This document shows positions 38,640-49,037 of a stretch of DNA of 64,000 bases, one piece after another. Position numbers and translations under genes: made by a program. Positions within the stretch are counted from its first letter, which is position 1; each line of letters opens with the position of its first letter. The stretch covers positions 1 to 64,000 of the forward strand of contig JBEKYR010000010.1 of assembly GCA_049510745.1 (NCBI GenBank), read 5' to 3'. The notes beneath the pieces are model-generated. The model was not told the origin of the DNA. It saw only the letters and a program-made list of their open reading frames with translations, and made no database searches. The DNA is from Verrucomicrobiota bacterium. GTDB lineage: Bacteria; Verrucomicrobiota; Verrucomicrobiia; Limisphaerales; Palsa-1400.

Positions 38640-40172
38640 ATGTTGAAGCAGACTATTCTTTCGCCAGCCATCGGGTGCGCGTGCGCCTGGCTGGGGGTGG
38701 GCGCCGCTTTGCCCGCTTCGTCGGCTGCGGCGCCCGACGCCGAATCCCCGCCGCCAGTCCAACGCGAATTTCGCGGTCTCTGGGTCGCCACCGTCGATAA
38801 CATCGACTGGCCCTCCAAACGCGGCTTGTCCACCCGCCAGCAGCAGGACGAATTGATCGCCTTGCTCGACTGCGCCGCCGCCCTGCATCTCAACGCCATC
38901 ATTCTCCAGGTGCGCCCCAGTTGCGATGCCTTTTACGACTCGAAAATCGAGCCTTGGTCCGAATACCTCACGGGCAAGATGGGTCAGGCGCCCTCGCCCT
39001 ATTATGATCCTCTGGAATTCGCCGTCACCGAAGCCCACAAGCGCGCCTTGGAGTTGCACGCCTGGTTCAATCCGTATCGCGTCCGTATTCGCGGCCTCAA
39101 CACCCCGGCCGCCAGCCGGCACGTCAGCGTCCGGCGCCCGGAATTGGTCCGCGCCTACGGCAAGTATCTCTGGCTCGACCCGGCCGAGGAAGGAACACGC
39201 CAGTATTCATTGGACGTCATTCTCGACGTGGTGCGGCGCTATGACATCGACGGGGTTCACTTTGACGATTACTTCTATCCCTACCCGGAAAAAGCGGACA
39301 AAAGCGAGGAGAGCAAGGAGATGGAATTTCCGGACGACGCTTCCTGGCAGCGCTACCAGGGGGAAGGGGGAAAGTTGTCGCGGGGGGATTGGCGGCGGGA
39401 AAACGTCAACCAATTTGTCGAGTCGGTTTACCGGGCCATCAAAAGAGAAAAGCCGTGGGTCAAATTTGGCATCAGCCCTTTTGGCATCTGGCGCCCGGGC
39501 AATCCGCCGCAAATCAGCGGCTTCGACGCCTACGACAAACTCTTCGCCGATTCGCGCAAATGGCTGGCCGAAGGCTGGGTCGATTATCTGGCGCCGCAAC
39601 TTTACTGGCCGATCAGCCCGAAGGCGCAAAGCTTCCCGGCGCTGTTGCAGTGGTGGGCCGCGCAGAACACGCGGGGCCGGAACCTTTGGCCCGGCATGAA
39701 GGTCAACGGCTGGAAGGGAGTCGAGGACGCCGCGAAGGAGGCCGCGGAAGAAATAGAATTGACACGCGGACAGGCGGGAGCGCCGGGACAATGCCTGTGG
39801 CACGCCAAGCCGCTGCAGCGCGGCCAGGATGGCGTGGCGGACGCGCTGCGCGGCGGGGTCTATGGCGCCCCGGCGCTCGTGCCGGCCTGTCCGTGGTTGA
39901 GCGCGGACCACCCCGCCCCGCCCTCCTTGCGGGCCAGCCAGAGCCGCGGCCAACTGCAATTGAATTGGGAACCCGTCAACGGCCCGGTCTGGCAATGGGT
40001 CTTGCAGAAAAAGGAGGGCGGCCAATGGACGACTGAAATCCTCCCCGCGCAGACAACCTCCGAAAGCCTCAAAGCCGCCGCCGCCACGAACCTCCCCTCC
40101 ATGATCGCCCTCTCTGCCGTCAACCGCTACGGGAGTCTCAGCCCCGCCACGATGATCAATTGCCGGCCCTGA
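38640..40172 (+). CDS. Glycosyl hydrolase-like 10 (YddW/DigH, DUF187) family protein
   Basis: REFRGLWVATVDNIDWP, ELHAWFNPYR, YDIDGVHFDDYFYPY, DYLAPQLYW; signal peptide. Confidence 0.92.
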   Translation: MLKQTILSPAIGCACAWLGVGAALPASSAAAPDAESPPPVQREFRGLWVATVDNIDWPSKRGLSTRQQQDELIALLDCAAALHLNAIILQVRPSCDAFYDSKIEPWSEYLTGKMGQAPSPYYDPLEFAVTEAHKRALELHAWFNPYRVRIRGLNTPAASRHVSVRRPELVRAYGKYLWLDPAEEGTRQYSLDVILDVVRRYDIDGVHFDDYFYPYPEKADKSEESKEMEFPDDASWQRYQGEGGKLSRGDWRRENVNQFVESVYRAIKREKPWVKFGISPFGIWRPGNPPQISGFDAYDKLFADSRKWLAEGWVDYLAPQLYWPISPKAQSFPALLQWWAAQNTRGRNLWPGMKVNGWKGVEDAAKEAAEEIELTRGQAGAPGQCLWHAKPLQRGQDGVADALRGGVYGAPALVPACPWLSADHPAPPSLRASQSRGQLQLNWEPVNGPVWQWVLQKKEGGQWTTEILPAQTTSESLKAAAATNLPSMIALSAVNRYGSLSPATMINCRP

Positions 40173-40386
40173 GTTGGACAGGTCAAATCAAGCAATTGCG
40201 CATGAAGCCGCTCCGGCGCCCACGATTTTTCTTTCCTCGCGCCGCCTCTCCATTTACTAACAATCCATGCCGAGCGTGAATCTCAAGCCACTGCGGAAGG
40301 TCGAGTGCGCCTATTATGATTCGCCCGGCGAATTCGCCGAATTCGGCCTCAACCACGAACTTTAAGCGAAGGCATGGAATTGGCGC

Positions 40387-41760
40387 ATGGCTTTAGTTAC
40401 GAAATACCCAGAACCGAGGGAAGACGACGGCGTGCTCCGGCGACTGCGTGAGGATTACGAGCAAGCTGTCCTCGACTTGTTCGACGCAGACGCCGGTGCG
40501 GGTGAAGTCCGGCCACAACTTGAGGTTGTCGGCCACACGTCCAACTTTCTCAACAACATGCGGCTGCCGGTTCACCGGTGGTTTCGTTACAGCGCGGGCT
40601 TTTCCGCGGAGTGGGTGAAATGGTTGCTGGCCGAAAGAGATGGCAGCGACCTCCGGGTGCTGGACCCGTTTGTCGGCTCAGGAACGACTTGTCTGGCGTG
40701 CGATGAAATGGGCATCCCTTCCTACGGCATCGAAGCGCATCCCTTCGTGTACCGGGTGGCTCAGGCCAAGTTGAGTTACGCCACCGAGCCGGGACGGTTC
40801 ATTTCCAAGGCGGAGAGAGCATTCAGGTTCGCCCGGAACGCGGCGGCGCAGACAGAGCGGTACCCGGAGATCATCGGAAGGTGTTACGGGCTTGAAACGC
40901 TGAATTATCTGGACCGTTTCCGTCAAGCCGTCGAGGTCGAGCAGGACGCTTCACCCGAGGCTGGACTCCTCTGGATGGCGCTGGTGTCATCGCTGCGCGC
41001 TGTTTCCGAAGCCGGCACAGCGCCGTGGCAATATGTGTTGCCGGGCCGGCGCAAGACGGTGCCGCCGTCACCCGAAGTGACGTTGCGCAAAGCGGTGCAG
41101 ATGATTGCCGCCGACATTCATTTCATGGCGCGGAGAGCCAAACCGCTGGCGAAGCTGCGCGTGGATGACGCGCGCAAGTGTGTGACTGTGCCGGACGCCT
41201 GGGCCACCCTCGTTATTACATCGCCGCCTTACGCAAACAATTACGATTACGCCGACGCCACGCGCTTGGAGATGGCATTCATGGGCGAGATTCGCGGCTG
41301 GGGCGACCTTCAGGAAACGGTCAGGCGTCATTTGGTTCGCGCCTGCTCCCAACACGTCCCGCCCAATTCCGTGAAGCTTGAAGAAATTCTGGCGGCGCCG
41401 GAACTGGCTCCCATCCGTGACGCGATTGTGCCGGTGTGCCGGGAGCTTTCGTCTGTCCGGCTGGAACGTGGCGGCAAGAAGACTTACAACAACATGATCG
41501 CTTGCTACTTCCTCGACATGGCGCAGACGTGGCAGGCGCTGCGGAGAGTTTGCGCATCGCCGTCGGAGGTCTGCTTTGTCATAGGCGATTCCGCGCCGTA
41601 TGGCGTTTATGTGCCGGTCATCGAATGGCTTGGGAAACTGGCGCTGGCGGCTGGTTTTGAATCCCGGAGGTTCGAGAAACTCCGCGACCGAAATATCAAA
41701 TGGAAAAACAGAAAACACCGCGTTCCCCTGTGTGAAGGTCATCTCTGGGTCCGTGGGTAA
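40387..41760 (+). CDS. DNA methyltransferase, probably N4-cytosine, alpha motif order
   Basis: SAM-binding DPFVGSGTT precedes catalytic ITSPPY; N-terminal PVHRWFRYSAGFS. Confidence 0.92.
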   Translation: MALVTKYPEPREDDGVLRRLREDYEQAVLDLFDADAGAGEVRPQLEVVGHTSNFLNNMRLPVHRWFRYSAGFSAEWVKWLLAERDGSDLRVLDPFVGSGTTCLACDEMGIPSYGIEAHPFVYRVAQAKLSYATEPGRFISKAERAFRFARNAAAQTERYPEIIGRCYGLETLNYLDRFRQAVEVEQDASPEAGLLWMALVSSLRAVSEAGTAPWQYVLPGRRKTVPPSPEVTLRKAVQMIAADIHFMARRAKPLAKLRVDDARKCVTVPDAWATLVITSPPYANNYDYADATRLEMAFMGEIRGWGDLQETVRRHLVRACSQHVPPNSVKLEEILAAPELAPIRDAIVPVCRELSSVRLERGGKKTYNNMIACYFLDMAQTWQALRRVCASPSEVCFVIGDSAPYGVYVPVIEWLGKLALAAGFESRRFEKLRDRNIKWKNRKHRVPLCEGHLWVRG

Positions 41761-41774
41761 GGTGAGGAACTGTC

Positions 41775-42662
41775 ATGGCTGAATCGCTCGCGCATCGCTG
41801 GGGACAAATCATCGGGGATGGTTTCGAGATGTTCGTACGCAACATTCTGGGCGAAGTTGCGCGGCGGCATGGACTCTACCTCGATTTCAAGCGACCGCGC
41901 GGGGCGCGAGGCGGCCAGGGCAAAGTGACGTGGCAGGATGGCTACGGCAACAAACACGACCTCGACTATGTTTTGGAGCGCGGCGGAACGGAGGAGACGC
42001 TTGGCGTGCCAATCGCTTTCGTCGAGTCGGCGTGGCGGCGCTACACCAAGCACTCGAAGAACAAGGTGCAGGAGATCGAAGCGGCAGTGATGCCGATTGC
42101 CTTGACGTTTTCGCGTCATCAACCGTTCTGCGGCGCCGTGCTTGCGGGTGAATTTACGCGGAATGCGCTGCATCAGTTGGAGTCGAAAGGCTTCGCCGTC
42201 CTGCACATTTCTTACGACTCCATTCTGGCTGCTTTCAGGGAACTCGGCATTGACGCCTCATCGGAAGACGGCGTAGGTGGCACAACCGAGGAGCAATTTC
42301 GGCAGAAGATTGCGCAATGGGAATCCCTGCCACAGCCGCAAGGGACTGACCGTCTGCTGGCGAAACTTCACGCGCTTCACCAGCGCGAGATCGCGGATTT
42401 CAAGCAGCGTCTTGAGGCCGCGCTCACCCGCCAGGTGGCTTCGGTTCGGCTGACGGTGCTTCGCGGCCATTCTGTCGAGTGTTCAGACGTTGACAGCGCG
42501 ATTGCCTATTTGATTGAGGAAGAGCGGAGCTACCGATTGCGCGAAGGCGGCGAACAGCGCGAGGCATTTGAGGTTCAGATTCGATTCAACACCGGTGCGA
42601 AAATCGAAGCAACCTTCCCAAAGCGCGCCGAGGCCATTGCGTTTCTCCGCACTTTCGCCTGA
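41775..42662 (+). CDS. Putative type II restriction endonuclease
   Basis: 14 bp after the MTase; 'DLDYVLE...FVESAWRRYTKHSKNK' PD-(D/E)xK-like core. Confidence 0.7.
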   Translation: MAESLAHRWGQIIGDGFEMFVRNILGEVARRHGLYLDFKRPRGARGGQGKVTWQDGYGNKHDLDYVLERGGTEETLGVPIAFVESAWRRYTKHSKNKVQEIEAAVMPIALTFSRHQPFCGAVLAGEFTRNALHQLESKGFAVLHISYDSILAAFRELGIDASSEDGVGGTTEEQFRQKIAQWESLPQPQGTDRLLAKLHALHQREIADFKQRLEAALTRQVASVRLTVLRGHSVECSDVDSAIAYLIEEERSYRLREGGEQREAFEVQIRFNTGAKIEATFPKRAEAIAFLRTFA

Positions 42663-42701
42663 GACATTCACGACACCAAGCCCAACCACCGCCCCAAATC
42701 T

Positions 42702-44225
42702 TCATCGGGTACGCCTCGCCGCGGGCAGGCGGCCGATCCATACGTCGCCGGTCGCGTGCTTCCATTCCAATGGGGCCAGGACCGGCTCAGCCGGCGCTTC
42801 CACTGCCAGCCGGTCCTCTGGACGCATCTTCTTGACCCAAGGCTCGAAGGCTTCGACGGCGCCGCCGTTGCGCTGGATGTCGCGATAGATCTTCAAGTCG
42901 TCTGCGGGCATCAGGGCGGGTTCGAAGCCCACGATGTAGCGCCAGCCGGCTTGCGGGTTTTTGAAAAATGTGTTGTAGAAAAATCGCATGTTGCCGGCGT
43001 AGAAAATGCCGTTCTTGCCCGGCATCCAGCCTTGCAGTTTCGGGTCGGCGCCGTTGACGAATGGTTCCATCAGGCAGGAAGTGTAGCGGCGTCCAAAATC
43101 GTTGGTTGCGTCCAGGTAAAGCGGGAGAATAATCAGGCCGCAGACGATGACTCGCGTGACCGCCACACCCTCCCATAATGCGCGCAGGCTGTCCGCACAT
43201 TCCGTCGTTCTTCCTTCTTCCTTCATCCTTCTGCCTTCCCACAACGCGGGCAGGCTGTCGTCAAATTGCGCCGCCATCCAGACGAGCGCCGAGGGCAGCC
43301 CCCAATCGGCCCAAAAGCGGTCCGCCATAAAGCCCAGAATCCAGTTCAGCAAAATCATCCAGAAAACCGGCTGCGAGGCCAGGGGCGGGGAACGTCTGCC
43401 TTGCTGGCGGCACCAGACATAGACGACGGCCAGGAGAACGAGCGTGGCGAATTCGCCGGCGCTGGGTTGAAATTCTCCGACCAGCATCCACTTGGGCAGA
43501 TGTTCCTGATAGACGCACCCCGCCATGAACAGCGCTCCTTTGAGAAAGGCCCACGGCTGGCCCGTGAGGAGCGCGCCGGCGACGGTTCCCACCAGCCAGC
43601 AGCCTGCCAGCCACAACGCGGCGCGCCATCGTTGCGCCAAAAAAAAGGCCGCCACCACCAGGAGCCAGAGATACCACGCCCCGTGCATCCAGACGGAAAG
43701 AGTGAATCCAACGCACGTCGCCGCCACTTTCCACCAGGGCGGATTCCGCTCCGGCTCCTTTGACCACGAAAAGAGCAACCCAATCAGGATGGCCTCGGAC
43801 AACAGATAGGGACGGCCTTGCGTCCAGCGGGTCATCAATTCCGGGATGGCGATCATTTGGGCCAGCACAGCCGCCAGCCAGGCCTCGGGATGCCGCAGCC
43901 AGATCAAGGGAAAGCACAGAACCGCCAGGAGCATGCTCATGACCGAAAAGCTGGCCAAGGCGTCCTCATCCCACCCGCAAACGCGGTTCAGCCGGTCCAG
44001 CAACCATTCCCAGCCGGGGCTGTGATCGACCACGTATTCCGGGCGCATCACGACAATCTCGGAATACGGCTTGTGCGCGAAGGGCTTGGCGACATGCCGG
44101 CGGGCGTCTCCGGCCGGCAGGAAGCCGTAGCCGAGGATTTTCAGGCAGATGAAAAGAGCCGTCAGCACCGCGGCCATCCAGCAGACCAGAGGCACATAAC
44201 GCTCAACTGCGGCGCCATTCTTCAT
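42702..44225 (-). CDS. Polytopic membrane protein, possibly GT-C-fold glycosyltransferase-like
   Basis: About 10 hydrophobic segments; N-terminal loop 'GDARRH'; soluble C-terminal domain. Confidence 0.6.
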   Translation of the reverse strand: MKNGAAVERYVPLVCWMAAVLTALFICLKILGYGFLPAGDARRHVAKPFAHKPYSEIVVMRPEYVVDHSPGWEWLLDRLNRVCGWDEDALASFSVMSMLLAVLCFPLIWLRHPEAWLAAVLAQMIAIPELMTRWTQGRPYLLSEAILIGLLFSWSKEPERNPPWWKVAATCVGFTLSVWMHGAWYLWLLVVAAFFLAQRWRAALWLAGCWLVGTVAGALLTGQPWAFLKGALFMAGCVYQEHLPKWMLVGEFQPSAGEFATLVLLAVVYVWCRQQGRRSPPLASQPVFWMILLNWILGFMADRFWADWGLPSALVWMAAQFDDSLPALWEGRRMKEEGRTTECADSLRALWEGVAVTRVIVCGLIILPLYLDATNDFGRRYTSCLMEPFVNGADPKLQGWMPGKNGIFYAGNMRFFYNTFFKNPQAGWRYIVGFEPALMPADDLKIYRDIQRNGGAVEAFEPWVKKMRPEDRLAVEAPAEPVLAPLEWKHATGDVWIGRLPAARRTR

Positions 44226-44304
44226 GAATTGGTGCCGGCAATGACGCCGGAAGAGGGCCAGGTTGGCAAGCTATTTCTCCGCGGCGGCAAACGGCCTGCG
44301 CCGC

Positions 44305-46266
44305 TCAAGGAACGGAATTGTTCATGGCGCTTGCGGGGCGCGAAATGTCGTTGATTTTCCAATACACCGCATAACGCTCATGATGCAGTTGGTAGAATGG
44401 AACCAGTCGAATTTCCCGGCCCTCCGCAGTTTTCAATTGAAACGTGAGAGGCTTGCCTTTCACTGCCTTGGCACGGGCCAGCGCCGCATCCGGTGTGCCG
44501 GACAAAACCGGCGCTTCGGGCAGCGGCAATCTGGCGAAGTCCAATTGATCCCGCGCCTGTTGTCCCTGCGGCGGAAGGCCCTCGACGCCCAACTCGCCCG
44601 CCAGCACCACCGGGCCGTAGAGAAAGGCGATGTGTCTCGCGTCGCCGGGCAACGTTTCCAGACGCAAACGCATGGGCAGGCGCACCTCGACTTTGTCATG
44701 CTGGCCCCAAACGCGCTCGATGGTGAGATACGACTCCGGCCCGCTGGCGAGCTTTTGTTTCCGGCCATTGACCCGCACCATTATTTCCCCGGCCCACGCG
44801 GGGCGGCGGATGTGGAGCGCAAACTTCGCGGGCGAAGCGCAGTCAAAGGTCAGCGTTGTCATTTCCTGTTCGGGAAATCTCGTTTCCTGCCGGACCGTCA
44901 CCCCTTTTTCAGCCCAATGAAGTTCGGACGGGATGAACAGGTTTACGTAAAGCGCGTCCGCGCCGTGAAAATAAATGGTGTCGCCGTACTTGGCGTGGTT
45001 CTCCATGCCGGTGCCGACGCAGCACCAGAACGATTGCAGGGGGGTCGAGTAAGTTTTGAAACGTCCCGTTTGCAGCGGCACGAAATAAGTCATCATGCCG
45101 CTCTCCGGGTCTTGCGAGGCGAGGATCTGGTTGTAAAGCCCGCGTTCGTAGAAATCCATCAGCGTGGCGGACGATTCCCACTCAAACAAATGCCGCGTCA
45201 GCTTGAGCATGTTGTAGGTATTGCACGTCTCCGCGGTTGCCGGTGAAAGGTGTCTGGAGAAATCGTTGGTGGGGAAGAAATGCTCCCGGTCGCTGTCCCC
45301 GCCGATGACGTAAGAGCGGCTCGAGGCGACGCGTTGCCAGAAGAATTCGGCGATGTCATGAAACCGTTTGTCGCCGGTCAGCTCATATTGGCGCGCGGCG
45401 CCGGTGATCTTCGGGATCTGGGTGTTGGCGTGCAGTCCGTCCAGCTTGTCCTCGCCGGCGGCCAGCGGGGCGAACACCTTCTCGTGGTTGAAGGCCTGGG
45501 CCAGCTTGAGATGATCGGGATTGCCGGTGACCGCGTATAGGTTGGCGAGCACTTCGTTCATGCCGCCGTGTTCGTTGCCCAGGGCGCGCTGCATCTCTTC
45601 GGCGGAGAGCCGGTCAACGCGGAACTTGAGCCAGTCCGCCATGCGCGTGAGCACGTCGAGCGCCTGCGAGTTGCCGCAGTACTGATGCGTGTCCAGCAGG
45701 CCCGCCATGATTTTGTGCAGCGTATAATAGGGCGCCCAGACCCTTTGCGCTCGGTCCACCCGGTCAAAGAGAGATTCCGGATAGGCGGAAAGGAAACCTT
45801 TGTTAAAACCTTGCGCGGGCATGGCTTCCTGGCATTTGGCCAGTTCGGCGACGATATAGCCGGTCCGCTTTTTCAACTCCGCGTCGCCGGTGCTGGCGTA
45901 CATGAGGGCGCAGGCCGAAAGATAATGGCCCACGCTATGCCCGCGCAGTTCACAATTCGTTTGCTCCCAGCCGCCGAGCGGCTCGGCGGACGAGGGCAGG
46001 CCGGCCGTGACGCGAAAATTGTGCAGCAACCGGTCCGCATCCAGGCTCAACAAATAAGTCTTGTCGCTCAGCATGGCGTCGCGGAACGGGCCGTCGAGCA
46101 AGCGCACGTCTGCCAACGGGAACGGTTCCGCCTTCAACGCGATGACCGGAGAAATTTTTTCAATCGGCGCGGCGGCGGACGCCCTCTCGGGCGAACCCGC
46201 GAAAAGAACGAGGGCGGTGGAAACCAGAAAGGGCGAGGGAGGAAAAGGAAAACAGAATCGCTTCAT
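44305..46266 (-). CDS. GH127/GH146 beta-L-arabinofuranosidase-family hydrolase
   Basis: LRGHSVGHYLSA, EHGGMNE, HANTQIPK, AETCNTYNMLKL, FWCCVGTG. Confidence 0.93.
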   Translation of the reverse strand: MKRFCFPFPPSPFLVSTALVLFAGSPERASAAAPIEKISPVIALKAEPFPLADVRLLDGPFRDAMLSDKTYLLSLDADRLLHNFRVTAGLPSSAEPLGGWEQTNCELRGHSVGHYLSACALMYASTGDAELKKRTGYIVAELAKCQEAMPAQGFNKGFLSAYPESLFDRVDRAQRVWAPYYTLHKIMAGLLDTHQYCGNSQALDVLTRMADWLKFRVDRLSAEEMQRALGNEHGGMNEVLANLYAVTGNPDHLKLAQAFNHEKVFAPLAAGEDKLDGLHANTQIPKITGAARQYELTGDKRFHDIAEFFWQRVASSRSYVIGGDSDREHFFPTNDFSRHLSPATAETCNTYNMLKLTRHLFEWESSATLMDFYERGLYNQILASQDPESGMMTYFVPLQTGRFKTYSTPLQSFWCCVGTGMENHAKYGDTIYFHGADALYVNLFIPSELHWAEKGVTVRQETRFPEQEMTTLTFDCASPAKFALHIRRPAWAGEIMVRVNGRKQKLASGPESYLTIERVWGQHDKVEVRLPMRLRLETLPGDARHIAFLYGPVVLAGELGVEGLPPQGQQARDQLDFARLPLPEAPVLSGTPDAALARAKAVKGKPLTFQLKTAEGREIRLVPFYQLHHERYAVYWKINDISRPASAMNNSVP

Positions 46267-46272
46267 GGCGGC

Positions 46273-46301
46273 AGCATAATCCCCGGCCAAAACGCCGTCA
46301 A
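46273..46301 (-). promoter_or_regulatory. Sigma70-like promoter giving a leaderless GH127 mRNA
   Basis: TTGACG-17 bp-TATGCT-6 nt-ATG. Confidence 0.65.
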
Positions 46302-46357
46302 CGCCCGCGCAACCTGATCGCGAAAAGCATGGCTGCCTTCTGCCGCGTCGCAGACTG

Positions 46358-47500
46358 TCAGCGGCGGGCGGCGGCGACGACGGCGTCGAAGGCGGGCTTG
46401 GGCTGGCATTGCCGGTCGAAGAGCAGCGGGTAACTGGTCCGCCCGCGGACGGGCCAATTGTTGAGCCAGGAATGCGCGTCGCTCACTCCCCAGAATGTCA
46501 CCCGCGAAATCTGGGCGCGATGCCGGATGAATTCGCTGAAGAGATCGGCGTAGCGGGCGGCCAAAGCTTGTTGCACGGAATCGGGCAGGCCGTTGGTGTA
46601 AGGGTTCAGTTCCGCGCGCAATTGAAAACTCTCGGCCACGTCGGCGGCGACCGAGCGCGAGGCCGCCGGCAGCACGTCCACGTCCAATTCCGTGATCATG
46701 ACCTTGATGCCCAACTGCGAGAAGGCATCGATGGTCTCGCCCAGCGTCTGGCGGGTCGGCCAGTCCATTCTGTAATGACCCTGGATTCCAGCCGCCGCAA
46801 TCGGAATGCTGGCGGCTTGGAGCCGTTTGATCAGCGCAATCGCCCCGGCGCGTTTGGGGGCGAACTCAATCGAGTATTCGTTGTAATACAACTGGGCGTC
46901 CGGATCGGCTTCGCGGGCGAATTGATAGGCCTTGACCAGGTAATCGTCGCCGATGATTTTCAGCCAGCGGCTTTGGCGCAACGAACCGTCGTCGTCCACC
47001 GCTTCGTTGACCACGTCCCAGCCGTTGATCTTTCCTTTGTAGCGGCCGACGACGGTGAGAATATGCTCGCGCATGCGTTGGAGCAGCGTGTCCCGGTCCA
47101 CCTCTTTGCCATTCTCATCTTCAAAGACCCAGCGCGGCGTCTGATTGTGCCAGACCAGAGTGTGGCCGATGATAAACATGTGGTTCCGCCGGCCAAGGGC
47201 GACATAGCGGTCGGCCGGCTCGAAGTCGTAGCGGTTTGGTTCCGGGTGGATGTCACCCCATTTCAACGCGTTTTCGGGCGTGATGCTGTTGAAATGCTTT
47301 TGGATCAGCTTCCCCTCGCAATTTTCGTTGTCGGAGGCGGACAACTGTGTCGAGCCAAGGGCCGCGCCGATGAGGAAATCTCCCTTGAAGACCTCTTTCA
47401 AAGCGGGTTCATCGGTCGCGTTTGTCATGGGCAAATGGCAGCCTGTCACGAGGACGGTCAAAACGGGGGCAAGGTATTGCCTCAAAAGGCTTCGGGTCAC
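46358..47500 (-). CDS. GH10 endo-1,4-beta-xylanase, probable lipoprotein
   Basis: ENALKW, GHTLVWH, WDVVNEA (acid/base), ITELD (nucleophile); VTGC lipobox. Confidence 0.96.
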   Translation of the reverse strand: MTRSLLRQYLAPVLTVLVTGCHLPMTNATDEPALKEVFKGDFLIGAALGSTQLSASDNENCEGKLIQKHFNSITPENALKWGDIHPEPNRYDFEPADRYVALGRRNHMFIIGHTLVWHNQTPRWVFEDENGKEVDRDTLLQRMREHILTVVGRYKGKINGWDVVNEAVDDDGSLRQSRWLKIIGDDYLVKAYQFAREADPDAQLYYNEYSIEFAPKRAGAIALIKRLQAASIPIAAAGIQGHYRMDWPTRQTLGETIDAFSQLGIKVMITELDVDVLPAASRSVAADVAESFQLRAELNPYTNGLPDSVQQALAARYADLFSEFIRHRAQISRVTFWGVSDAHSWLNNWPVRGRTSYPLLFDRQCQPKPAFDAVVAAARR

Positions 47501-48993
47501 GGGGTCTGCGGCGCGAATTTTTTCCTTCGTTCGACCAGTTCATCCTGGATTTGCAGATTGAGCTTTTTGTCAATTCCGTAAAAGAACGCCAAGGCGACGA
47601 CGCCGACAAAAAATGTGATTGCCGGAACGACGCTGGCCGTGATGCGAATGCCGAGCAGCGAGTGGCCGGTTTGAACCGCGTTGGGCACGTAACCGAAACA
47701 GCCGATCAGCCAGCCGCAGATCGCGCCGCCCAGGCCCAGGCCGGCTTTCAGCGCGAACACGATGCCGGAGAACACCACCCCGGTGGCCCGGCGGCTGGTT
47801 TTCCATTCGGCGTAGTCCGCCACGTCCCCCATCATCGCCCACAGCAGCGGAATGGTGGGCGCATAAGACAGCGCGAGCAAAATGTTGAGCAAAAACATGA
47901 GCTTGACCGCGCCGGGCGGCAGGACGATGAACAGCGCGGCAAAAACGGAAGTTAAAAACAGGCCGGTGACGTACACGCCTTTTTTGCCGAAACGCGACGA
48001 GAGCATTGTGGAACACAGCACGCCGATGATGGTCAGCACTTGGGCGGACATGTTGAAAAACCCGAAGCCGACGGAAACGACATTTTTCTGATCGTCCGTT
48101 GCGATCAGTCCAAACGCATTGAGAATTCCGTGCCACCAACCGCCGGTGTTCAAAGCGGTCGTCACCATCCCGCACGATCGCAGCAGGTCAAACAGCCGCG
48201 TTTTGTCCACGTAATAGGTGAAATAATAAAACAGCGCCGTGCCGCGCAGCGCCAGTGTGGTGAACAAAAACAGCGTCAGCACGAACATCGCCTTCCACGG
48301 GCCGTTTTTCAGAAGATCGGCGAAGTCCTGCTTGAAGGACGGTTTTTGGGCCGGATCGGGATGAACGCGTTCCCGGGCGCTGAGAAATGTGATGACGAAA
48401 AAAACAATCGCGAGAATTGAAAATAATCCAATCGTCAGCGACCAGCCTTTGGCGTTGTCGCCGTGTCCGAATTTGTTGACGAGCGACAACGTCAATCCCT
48501 GCACGACGAACGTCGCGGCCATCGCAAAGAAAAAGCGGTAGGAAGACAGCCTGGTGCGTTCGTTCACGTCGCTCGTCATCACGCCGTTGAGCGCCGAATA
48601 CGGCAGATTGTTGACCGAATAAATGGTCATCAGCAGAAAATAAGTGACGTAGGCGTAAATGAGTTTTCCCGTCGCGCCACAATGCGGCGTCGTGAAAGTC
48701 AGCGTGAATAAAATGGCAAACGGCACCGCCGACCACAAAACCCACGGACGAAATTTCCCCCATCTCGTGTTGGTGCGGTCCGCCACCACCCCCATGAACG
48801 GATCGAAAAAGGCGTCCCAAAACCGCCCGAGCAGCAAAAGTGTTCCGGCGGCCGCGGCGCTGATTCCGAAGGTGTCGGTGTAAAAACCCAGTTGAAACAT
48901 CAGCATCGTTTGGAAAACAAAGTTGGCGCCGGCGTCTCCGAAGCTGTAGCCCACTTTCTCCCAAAACGAAATTTTTTGTCGCGGATCAATCAT
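47497..48993 (-). CDS. GPH-family (MFS_2) glycoside:cation symporter, XynT-like
   Basis: EKVGYSFGD, DRTNTRWGKFRPW, DVADYAEWK; overlaps the GH10 start. Confidence 0.93.
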   Translation of the reverse strand: MIDPRQKISFWEKVGYSFGDAGANFVFQTMLMFQLGFYTDTFGISAAAAGTLLLLGRFWDAFFDPFMGVVADRTNTRWGKFRPWVLWSAVPFAILFTLTFTTPHCGATGKLIYAYVTYFLLMTIYSVNNLPYSALNGVMTSDVNERTRLSSYRFFFAMAATFVVQGLTLSLVNKFGHGDNAKGWSLTIGLFSILAIVFFVITFLSARERVHPDPAQKPSFKQDFADLLKNGPWKAMFVLTLFLFTTLALRGTALFYYFTYYVDKTRLFDLLRSCGMVTTALNTGGWWHGILNAFGLIATDDQKNVVSVGFGFFNMSAQVLTIIGVLCSTMLSSRFGKKGVYVTGLFLTSVFAALFIVLPPGAVKLMFLLNILLALSYAPTIPLLWAMMGDVADYAEWKTSRRATGVVFSGIVFALKAGLGLGGAICGWLIGCFGYVPNAVQTGHSLLGIRITASVVPAITFFVGVVALAFFYGIDKKLNLQIQDELVERRKKFAPQTP

Positions 48994-49037
48994 AAGTTTA
49001 TAATGATATTGTGTTATAGTGTGCGCGGGACGCGCCG

